From Desulfosudaceae bacterium (lineage in GTDB: Bacteria; Desulfobacterota; Desulfobacteria; Desulfobacterales; Desulfosudaceae): 64,000 nucleotides of DNA. The first letter of the stretch is position 1, and every line of letters begins with the position of its first letter. Of this stretch, positions 56,522 through 64,000 are shown piece by piece. Both the position numbers and the translations under genes were made by a program. Under the pieces are notes generated by a model that did not search any database, was not told the DNA's origin, and was given only the letters and a program-made list of their open reading frames with translations. Where the stretch lies: positions 608,001-672,000 of the forward strand of contig CAXXDV010000003.1 in the NCBI GenBank assembly GCA_963674745.2. Reading direction: 5' to 3'.

Positions 56522-58654
56522 TTATTTTTTTGCCATGCGTTGACAGATTTTTACGATGTTATCATTCTTGCTATCCGCACCATAAATAAGGAATGCTTTC
56601 GTTTTTTTAGCTGGATATCCCTTTAAACTGCGAAAGATTTCTGTTTTGAGCGTTTCAAAGGCCTTGGCCCGGAAAAAATGACGAATTTTAACAAACTCCA
56701 GCAGAACATCAAGTACTTCCGGGTTGCCAACAGCGGACATGGCTCTTACGGCCTTAATTTTTCGTTCCAGATCGATTTTGCGCCAAAAGGGGCCGTCATT
56801 GCCAATGACGATATTCAACAGCGCGGCCAGGACGTCGGTGGAATCGTCTGCCATTGCAATATCTATGGTACCCATCGAGATGTCCCGGTCAGGACTTTCC
56901 AGATGTTCGACCAGAATCTGCGAGGAGTTCGGGGCATCCATTGTTACCAGGGTTTTTAGTGCGGCAAGTTTTATGGAAAGGTTATCGTTATTCAAAAGCC
57001 GGTTTATTTCTTTATTCAGTCCTTCATCGCCCAGATCAGGAACTATTTTGAGTAATTCTGTGATTTCGTCGGGTACTGCCCGGCGGAGTCTGCGTTTAAT
57101 ATCCAGGACATAATGCTTTTTGTTTAGCTTGATCAGCTTTATCAAAGCTTTTTGTTCATTCTTATCCTGGCTGCGTAAATAAGATTCAATAATCGCATCT
57201 GACGTAAATTCAGTGCTTAACTCTAAAAGTTTAATAAACGTTTTTACGGCGGGTTTGTCTCTGTCGCTGTATAGTGTGGTAAAAATCCCGGGAAGATCAA
57301 GCGGCAACAGCAGATGTTGGATAATCGTTTTCTTTTTTATGGTCTTCAATTCCGCTTCCGAATCGTTTTCTCCGGGTTCACGGTCTGAGGCAGGACTAAC
57401 ATGAAGACGTTTGATCTGTCTGAGAACTTCATTAAGCGCATAGTTCAATTCGTTCAAATTATCTTCCGGCTCAATGGATTTCAGTGTTTTAAGGAGCACG
57501 GCGCAATGATTTTGAACTTTATCAATAAACGTTTCCCGTCCCAGAAAATCAAGCAGCAACAGCATCATGTGCTTCCGGTTTTCCCTTGCCAGGGTATCCG
57601 TGTCCGGCAGCGTGGCCTTTTGTTCGGGCCGTGGGAATTTTTTTAATAATTCATCTATCTTGCTTCGCAACTGGGTCATCCGCAAAACCGGCTGGGGAAG
57701 GTTGTCGGAGAGAAGAACCTTGATATCACTTACTGCGACAACACTTTCGTTATTCGACTTGTTTTTTGTTGGCAGGACTTCCTGGCCCTCCTGGTCACTG
57801 CATACGGCGGATAAAACGTTAAGTAGTCGCAAAATATATGGGTGGAGATGATCTTCTCCACTATTGACGTCATTGATTACACTCAAAACATCCCTGGCCG
57901 GTGGTTGGGTGAACATTTCCTCGTCCATTAACGGTTTACGATCTTTTAGCTTAAGTGGTTTGGCCAGTAGTGCCGTTCTTAAGTCGGGCCGTACGTTCTC
58001 TACAAGAGCTTTAAAAACTTTCAAGGCGTCTAGATACTCCTGGGATTCTTCAGGCTCCCCCTCCCCGGCAGCTTCGGACCGCATCAGCTCCTGAAGATAA
58101 TCTGACCATGAAGATTCGCTTTCGGAACTTTTTTCCAGGAGTATTTCTTCGATATCCTCAAATTCAGCCGTGTTCCAGTTGAGAAAAACCGCTTCAATAT
58201 GGGGCAGGTCGGCGTTTTCTATGAGCTGGTTCAAATTTTCAAAAGAGGAATCCTCCTGGTCATTGCTGATGATTTCTGAGAATCTCTGGATCTCCTCAAT
58301 GGCGATGCCGGGTTTAAGTGTCAATGAATAGATTGAAAAGGCATGTAAATCCTCGGCAAGATCACCGAAAGCAGGATTTTTGGACGGCAGGTTCGTCCCG
58401 GAGAACATGAGACTGTCAGCGGAAACGCCAATCGTGATCGCGTCGTTTTCGGCAAAGTATGTGTCAAGTGTAATCTTGGTCTTTTCAAGTGTGCTTTTCA
58501 GTTGGGGGTGGCCACTCGGATACATACGAATATTTTTTCCGACTACGCTGATCTGCAATAAGACTTCGCCGACTTTCGCGAGCGTGTCGGCACCTACTCG
58601 CTTTCCTGTTGCAGGCTTATTTTCCTGAGAATCGGAACCGGATTTTTCGACCAT
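56522..58654 (-). CDS. HEAT-repeat protein
   Basis: N-terminal MYPSGHP domain resembling the HD-GYP N-terminus; C-terminal HEAT-like repeats (LLNNDNLSIKLAALKTL, LESPDRDISMG). Confidence 0.7.
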   Translation of the reverse strand: MVEKSGSDSQENKPATGKRVGADTLAKVGEVLLQISVVGKNIRMYPSGHPQLKSTLEKTKITLDTYFAENDAITIGVSADSLMFSGTNLPSKNPAFGDLAEDLHAFSIYSLTLKPGIAIEEIQRFSEIISNDQEDSSFENLNQLIENADLPHIEAVFLNWNTAEFEDIEEILLEKSSESESSWSDYLQELMRSEAAGEGEPEESQEYLDALKVFKALVENVRPDLRTALLAKPLKLKDRKPLMDEEMFTQPPARDVLSVINDVNSGEDHLHPYILRLLNVLSAVCSDQEGQEVLPTKNKSNNESVVAVSDIKVLLSDNLPQPVLRMTQLRSKIDELLKKFPRPEQKATLPDTDTLARENRKHMMLLLLDFLGRETFIDKVQNHCAVLLKTLKSIEPEDNLNELNYALNEVLRQIKRLHVSPASDREPGENDSEAELKTIKKKTIIQHLLLPLDLPGIFTTLYSDRDKPAVKTFIKLLELSTEFTSDAIIESYLRSQDKNEQKALIKLIKLNKKHYVLDIKRRLRRAVPDEITELLKIVPDLGDEGLNKEINRLLNNDNLSIKLAALKTLVTMDAPNSSQILVEHLESPDRDISMGTIDIAMADDSTDVLAALLNIVIGNDGPFWRKIDLERKIKAVRAMSAVGNPEVLDVLLEFVKIRHFFRAKAFETLKTEIFRSLKGYPAKKTKAFLIYGADSKNDNIVKICQRMAKK

Positions 58655-58699
58655 AATTGTATCTGTCTCCGTGTTTTAAAAAAAGTGCGGTAACCGTCA

Positions 58700-61663
58700 T
58701 CAATGCCGGTGCTCCGTGCGTTCGATCAGTTCGATCTGCATGTTTCGGTTGAGTTTGACGAAGTAAGCATTATAGCCCGAGATCCGCACCAGCAGCCAGC
58801 GGTAATCATCCGGGTTTTCCATGGCGTCTTTCATCATGTCGGTGGTGACGACATTAAATTGCCACTGCATGCCGCCCATATCAAAATAACCGCTCAGATA
58901 GCTGGTAAACAGGTCCAGGGTGGCGGCGTGGGAATCGTTGCCGTGGGGCACGAGTTTTACGTTAAAGGCGATATTGTTGGGCATTTTCAAATGGTCCAGT
59001 CCGGCCACGGCGCGAAGGCCGGGCAGCAGCTGCTCGGAAGCACCCGGCGCCGGCGTCAGGCCCGGGGTAAAGGCCTTGCCTTTTTTCCGGCCCGAGGGCA
59101 GGGCTCCGGAAAGCATGCCGAACCCGACATGGTAGCTGATGGACCAGTAGCCGGGCACATATTTCCCGCCCCGGTAATTCTCCCGGGTGTTATAAACATC
59201 ATAGCTGTAATCGATCAGGTCCCGGGCAATGGCATTGGTTTCGGCGGTGTCCGAGCCGAATTTGGGAGCCTGCCGGATTTTTTCCAGCAGCATTTCATGG
59301 CCTTCAAAATCATGCGCCAGAGCGGTCATCAAGGTCGGGAAGTCAACGGCCTGTTCTTCATAAACCAGTTTTTTGATCACCATCAGGCTGTCAACCACAT
59401 CCGTGATGGAAACCAGGGCCACGCCCGAGGAGTTGTATACGGCACCGCCGTATATGAGGTCTTTGCCCTTTTCCATGGGGCCGGTAGTGAGCGATGATAA
59501 CAGCGGGGTGGGATGAATGTACTGATGGGCGTATCCCAGATAGTTGTTTATTTCGATGGACTTTTCCGCCAGGTACTGGAACTGGGTTTTGTAAGCGGCC
59601 ACAAAATCATCAAAGGCGGGAAAGGCGGTCCTGACATCTCCTGTTTCAGGTCCGATTTTTTCGCCCATGACCGGATGGATTCCGTTGTTCAAGGCCATCT
59701 CCAGGGGCGCCACCATGTTCAGCAGCATGCAGTTGGTGTGGCCGTAATGTTTTCCAGCGATGGTCGGTTCCACGCATCCGGTGGCGGCCCAGTCCCGGGC
59801 GTCTTCGATCCGGATGCCCTGGTTGACCAGGGACTCGATCATGGCTTTGTCGTTATGAATAATCGGAGAGGCCCCCATGTTGATGTTTACTTCGCACAGT
59901 CGTCTTAAATAGGCTTTGGAATTGACGCCGGGATAATAACGGGCGTTCATGTTCGGGTCTTGAAAACCCATCATCTCATTGGCTTTTAAGACGATATAGG
60001 TCATGTCGCAGACCGCGTTCTCGCCTTGGGCATCGACGCCGCCCACCGTTACGGTATCATCCGAGGAACTGCCACCGAACAGTTTGTTGCCCACGTCCGG
60101 CACAAAAGGGTCATGGTCGTTCAGGCGCAGAAAGAGGGATGCCACCAGTTCGATGGCTTCTTTAATCACCGCCTGTTTTTCAGCGTCGGTTGTTGCTTTT
60201 TCCATATCCCGGACAAACAGGGGCTGCAACAGTTGATCCAGCCGGCCGATGGACAGGGCCGAATCGGCGTTTTCAGCATGCAGGCAGACAAAACAGATCC
60301 ACACTGCCACAAGACCTTCGTAAACGGTTCGGGCGGGTTTGAGTGGGACCCGTTGGCAGATTTCGGCAATACGGGTTAATTCTTCGATTCGCCGGGCCTG
60401 CTCCGGTATATTTTTGTCCAGCGTGGAGATCTGGCTTAACGCTTCTTCCCGCAAATGCCGGGTATATTCCAAAATGCCGTCAACACAGAGTTGAATCGAC
60501 TTGTAAAAAGCCATAACGGCCGGATCATCACCCTGGTTTTCTTTTTCTTTTGCCTCAATCTTAATTCTTTCAAGCCCTTTTTCGATGACCAGCTTAAAGT
60601 CGGGTACGGTGTGGGAGATGGCATTGTTCTTCATCATAAAATAAAGCACGAACCGTTCTTCCAGTTGCTGTGAAACCGGGTTGTTGAATTTTTTTCGGCA
60701 ATATTCCCTGACATTGCGGTCCATCCAGAAAGGAAAAACATCGAAATTCAACGCTTCGGCATCTTCCGGACTGATATCGTTGGGGTTCAATCCCCGTTGA
60801 CCGATGCTTTTCAATTCCGGCCAGAGCAGGGTGCCGATCAGCTCCGGATAAATGGGCACACCGATTTCTTTGGTGGTGGTCGAACCCGGTATCAGGTGGC
60901 GGTCATGGATGATCGGTCGTTTATGGCTCAGTATGTAATGCATGGCCCGGGCCTGGCGGAGGTCCGGGTCTACGGGGTTGCCGTCAGCATCGTTCTCGAA
61001 TCCGTTTTGCCGGTGATACTCGGTCAAAAGCCGGGCCCGTTCGGCGCAGATGGCCGGTTTTAAGGCAAACCGCCTGTTTTTCAGATATTTCAAGCGGGGA
61101 AAATCATCGAGGGAAAAACGCCCCAGGTAAGGATCATCCAGAAACCGGACCTGGTCCACTTTTTCGGTCAGAATTTCGTTTTGATGTTTTCGTTTTTTCG
61201 GTTGTGTGTCGACATCTTCGACCGGGTAGAGCAGGCTGTTTTCCGGGCCGGTGTAGGTGGTTTTTTTGCCGGGTTTAACCAGCGTGCCCAGGTAGGAGAA
61301 CTTGGTCAGGTAGGCGATGTTGCCGGTATACGACATTTCATTGGTCAGCAGGTAGTCAAGAGACTCTTCAGGGCTTTTGCTGTATATCCTGGCCAGGGTC
61401 TCCTTGTTTTTATAAAAAATGGTCACATCGGGATTGTCGATGGTGCCGAACCCGGATTTCATTTTACCGTCGGCGAACACGACAAAGACATTGACCGTGT
61501 TGTCCCGGGTTTTGAACTGGTAACGGGCATTAAAAATAAAGCCGGTGTCCGGGTTGTTGATCTCTTTACGAATGTTGCCGCTGATTTTAAACAGCAGCCC
61601 CAGCAGTTTTAAAGAGATTAAAAACAGGTAAATGGACACATCGGTTTTAATTTTTCTAATCAT
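58700..61663 (-). CDS. Glycyl radical enzyme (eliminase-type) with N-terminal SCP2-like domain
   Basis: Cys loop ATGCVEP, Gly loop LLVRISGYNAYF, SIGRLDQ; extra ~130-aa N-terminus FNARYQF..FADGKM..G..DNPDVTI..LLTNEMSYTGN. Confidence 0.88.
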   Translation of the reverse strand: MIRKIKTDVSIYLFLISLKLLGLLFKISGNIRKEINNPDTGFIFNARYQFKTRDNTVNVFVVFADGKMKSGFGTIDNPDVTIFYKNKETLARIYSKSPEESLDYLLTNEMSYTGNIAYLTKFSYLGTLVKPGKKTTYTGPENSLLYPVEDVDTQPKKRKHQNEILTEKVDQVRFLDDPYLGRFSLDDFPRLKYLKNRRFALKPAICAERARLLTEYHRQNGFENDADGNPVDPDLRQARAMHYILSHKRPIIHDRHLIPGSTTTKEIGVPIYPELIGTLLWPELKSIGQRGLNPNDISPEDAEALNFDVFPFWMDRNVREYCRKKFNNPVSQQLEERFVLYFMMKNNAISHTVPDFKLVIEKGLERIKIEAKEKENQGDDPAVMAFYKSIQLCVDGILEYTRHLREEALSQISTLDKNIPEQARRIEELTRIAEICQRVPLKPARTVYEGLVAVWICFVCLHAENADSALSIGRLDQLLQPLFVRDMEKATTDAEKQAVIKEAIELVASLFLRLNDHDPFVPDVGNKLFGGSSSDDTVTVGGVDAQGENAVCDMTYIVLKANEMMGFQDPNMNARYYPGVNSKAYLRRLCEVNINMGASPIIHNDKAMIESLVNQGIRIEDARDWAATGCVEPTIAGKHYGHTNCMLLNMVAPLEMALNNGIHPVMGEKIGPETGDVRTAFPAFDDFVAAYKTQFQYLAEKSIEINNYLGYAHQYIHPTPLLSSLTTGPMEKGKDLIYGGAVYNSSGVALVSITDVVDSLMVIKKLVYEEQAVDFPTLMTALAHDFEGHEMLLEKIRQAPKFGSDTAETNAIARDLIDYSYDVYNTRENYRGGKYVPGYWSISYHVGFGMLSGALPSGRKKGKAFTPGLTPAPGASEQLLPGLRAVAGLDHLKMPNNIAFNVKLVPHGNDSHAATLDLFTSYLSGYFDMGGMQWQFNVVTTDMMKDAMENPDDYRWLLVRISGYNAYFVKLNRNMQIELIERTEHRH

Positions 61664-63464
61664 TGAAACACTCCGGTGCCATCTCCCAGCAGATCGGCGC
61701 GTTATCCGTCAAACGCTCGGCCAGACCCGTTGTCCGGGGCAGTTCATAGTTGAAATAATATTTAAAGGCATACAGCTTTCCTTCGTAAAACAGGGCATCT
61801 TTACCGGTTGTTTTTTCTTCCAGCAGTTGTGTGGCCGAAACCGCCTGCTTGAGCCACTGCCAGGACACGACGATAATCCCGAAATACTCAAGATAGACCG
61901 TGGCATCGGAAAGATAGACCTCCGGCCCTTTTTCCTGAGCCACCCCGATTAAATGCATGGTCACTTCCTGTAATCTGTTCAGCGCCTTTTTCAGTTTTTT
62001 TCCGTATGGGGCAAGCGTGTCAAACTCCTGGGCCAGGGATATTGTTTTGTGGGCCTCCTCAAAGAAGAACAGCGAAGCTTTGCCGTCTTTCATGACGACT
62101 TTTCGACCCAGCAGGTCCATGCCCTGCATACCGGTGGTGCCTTCGTGGATGGGGTGAATGCGGACGTCCCGGTAATACTGCTCCAGGGGAAAGTCATCAC
62201 AATAGCCATAACCGCCGAAACACTGCAAACCGGTGCTGACGGATAAAACACCCATTTCCGAAGGAAAGGTCTTGGCCACCGGGGTCAGGATCTCCAGCAG
62301 CAGGCTGTATCGCTCTTTGTCTTCCGGGTTTTTTGAGACCAGCTGTAAATCATAATACAGGGAGCATTGCAGCAAAAGCGCCAGCGACCCTTCCACGATG
62401 GCGCGCTGAAACAGCAGCATCCGCCTGACGTCGGCATGCTCGATAATAGGGATTTGAGGCAGGTCGGGGTTTTTTTCCATCAGCCGCCTGCCCTGGGGCC
62501 TGGCCCTGGCGTAATCAAGAGCGGCATAATAGGCCGCGGTGGCGATACCGGCCGCGCCCATGCCTACTTCGAGCCGGGCCTCGTTCATCATCTGAAACAT
62601 GTACTTGAGCCCCTTGTGGGGTTCACCCACCAGGTATCCATGGCAGTCGTCTGATTCTCCGATACTCAGTTCCGTCAGCGGCGTGCCCTTATAGCCCAGT
62701 TTATGATAAACCTGTGTTACCTTGATGTCGTTGGGCGCCAGCTGACCATTCGGGTTGACTCTTTTTTTGGGAACCACGAACAGGGAAATGCCCTTGATGC
62801 CGGCCGGCGCGCCCTCGATTCTGGCCAGCATTAAATGCACCACGTTTTCAGCGCCGTTGTGGTCCCCGGCGGAGATAAAGATTTTCTGGCCCCGGATCAG
62901 GTAATGCCCCCCGTCCGTGGGACAGGCGGTGGTGGTGATGTCCGTAAGGGAGCTGCCGGCCTGGGGTTCGGTCATGGCCATGGTGCCCTGCCACTTGCCG
63001 GAAATCATGTTTTCGACAAAGGTATTATTCAGTTCCTCGCTCGCAAACGAGATGATCAGATGGGCGGCGCCGGTGGTCAGGTCGGCGTAAACACTGGCCG
63101 AATAGTTGGCCGCGGCAAAGATAAACCGGGCCACGTTGGAGAGAAGCAGCGGGAACTGGTCTCCGCCGTGATCGGTTGAAAAACTGGCGGCGATCCAGCC
63201 ACCCTCGCCGCATTCACGCATAATGTCTTTGACCCGTTTGTGAACGATCACTTCACCGTCAACCAGCTCCGGTGGCTCTGTGTCCATTTCCTTTAAAATG
63301 GGGAGCATCATGTTTTTAGCCAGTTTTATGGCCGCGTCGACAACCATGTCGAAAACCTGACGATTATGCATGCTGTAAAAATCGTATGAGGTAAGCTGCT
63401 CGACATCAAACACTTCGTACAACAGAAAATCCAGATTCCTTTTACTGATAAACTTTCCGGCCAT
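61656..63464 (-). CDS. Acyl-CoA dehydrogenase
   Basis: GTMAMTEPQAGS, GQKIFISAG, MFQMMNEARL, QCFGGYGY, IHEGTTGMQ. Confidence 0.95.
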   Translation of the reverse strand: MAGKFISKRNLDFLLYEVFDVEQLTSYDFYSMHNRQVFDMVVDAAIKLAKNMMLPILKEMDTEPPELVDGEVIVHKRVKDIMRECGEGGWIAASFSTDHGGDQFPLLLSNVARFIFAAANYSASVYADLTTGAAHLIISFASEELNNTFVENMISGKWQGTMAMTEPQAGSSLTDITTTACPTDGGHYLIRGQKIFISAGDHNGAENVVHLMLARIEGAPAGIKGISLFVVPKKRVNPNGQLAPNDIKVTQVYHKLGYKGTPLTELSIGESDDCHGYLVGEPHKGLKYMFQMMNEARLEVGMGAAGIATAAYYAALDYARARPQGRRLMEKNPDLPQIPIIEHADVRRMLLFQRAIVEGSLALLLQCSLYYDLQLVSKNPEDKERYSLLLEILTPVAKTFPSEMGVLSVSTGLQCFGGYGYCDDFPLEQYYRDVRIHPIHEGTTGMQGMDLLGRKVVMKDGKASLFFFEEAHKTISLAQEFDTLAPYGKKLKKALNRLQEVTMHLIGVAQEKGPEVYLSDATVYLEYFGIIVVSWQWLKQAVSATQLLEEKTTGKDALFYEGKLYAFKYYFNYELPRTTGLAERLTDNAPICWEMAPECFND

Positions 63465-63488
63465 GTTTATTCCCTTATTCCAAAATGA

Positions 63489-64000
63489 TTATGTCTGTTG
63501 CGCCCCAATTCTTAGCCCCGCTATCATGAAGGCCTGGTTGCGGTTCTCCAGGTGAAGGGCCTGTTCCATTGAACTCACATCCAGGTTCTGATTGATCGCT
63601 TCTTTGGTCATGCGTAATCCCAGCGGGTTTTTTCCCACCATTTTACCCGCGATTTCATAAGCCGTATCCAGCAGCGCTTCTTTTTCCACCATTCGGCTGG
63701 CAAACCCCAGGGACATGGCCTCTTCGGCGGTCATGAACTCTCCGGTCAGCAGAAACTCGTTGGCCCGCCCCGAACCGATCAGTTTGGGCAGGAAATAACT
63801 GCTGGCCAGGTCCGCGCCGCCCAGGCCGATGTTGATATAGGCCGCGTTGAAACGGGCCTGAGGGGTAATGATTCGCACATCCGCGGCCATGGCAAAGCTG
63901 AATCCCGCGCCCGAGGCGGCGCCGTGAACGGCGGCAATAACAGGCTGAGGAATGCGTCTCATTTTGTAAAACAACCAGGAGGCCATGCTCTGGAATTTAT
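63489..64000 (-). CDS. Enoyl-CoA hydratase/isomerase (5' end outside the window)
   Basis: PQPVIAAVHGAASGAGFSFAMAADVRI, LLTGEFMTAEEA. Confidence 0.92.
   Translation of the reverse strand, partial: KFQSMASWLFYKMRRIPQPVIAAVHGAASGAGFSFAMAADVRIITPQARFNAAYINIGLGGADLASSYFLPKLIGSGRANEFLLTGEFMTAEEAMSLGFASRMVEKEALLDTAYEIAGKMVGKNPLGLRMTKEAINQNLDVSSMEQALHLENRNQAFMIAGLRIGAQQT

Noticed and set aside
58700..61663. Pyruvate formate-lyase or fumarate-adding enzyme (BssA/AssA)
   Set aside because: Single Cys in GCVEP rather than the PFL Cys-Cys, and no small beta/gamma subunit genes adjacent

Overview
Chromosomal window from a GC-moderate anaerobic deltaproteobacterium. Gene content and repeat style suggest Desulfobacterota/Desulfobacterales (inference). 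Housekeeping genes (tex, trkH, holA-lgt-lspA-ileS, resB/ccs, rsmI) are interleaved with accessory loci: (i) a secreted NHL/transglutaminase-like/TPR protein divergent from a CHASE2 adenylate cyclase; (ii) a putative sigma54-driven operon with a tandemly duplicated small periplasmic protein + porin pair followed by a chemoreceptor; (iii) a clostripain-family protease with an Asp/Trp-rich tract next to a lipoprotein serpin with P1 Lys; (iv) a saccharopine-dehydrogenase-like/FGGY kinase/TetR unit with a palindromic operator; (v) a single-chain R-M-S gene broken by one in-frame TAA, in an island bracketed by GTAG-type REP clusters; (vi) HEAT + HD-GYP genes; (vii) an eliminase-type glycyl radical enzyme with an N-terminal SCP2-like domain, translationally coupled to beta-oxidation genes. 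Locus (vii) is the best candidate for undescribed biochemistry. Intergenic DNA carries many GTAG REP palindromes, hepta/octamer microsatellites and a 124-bp MITE-like element. No rRNA, tRNA, CRISPR array or intact transposase was recognised. All domain calls come from motif recognition by eye, not database searches.
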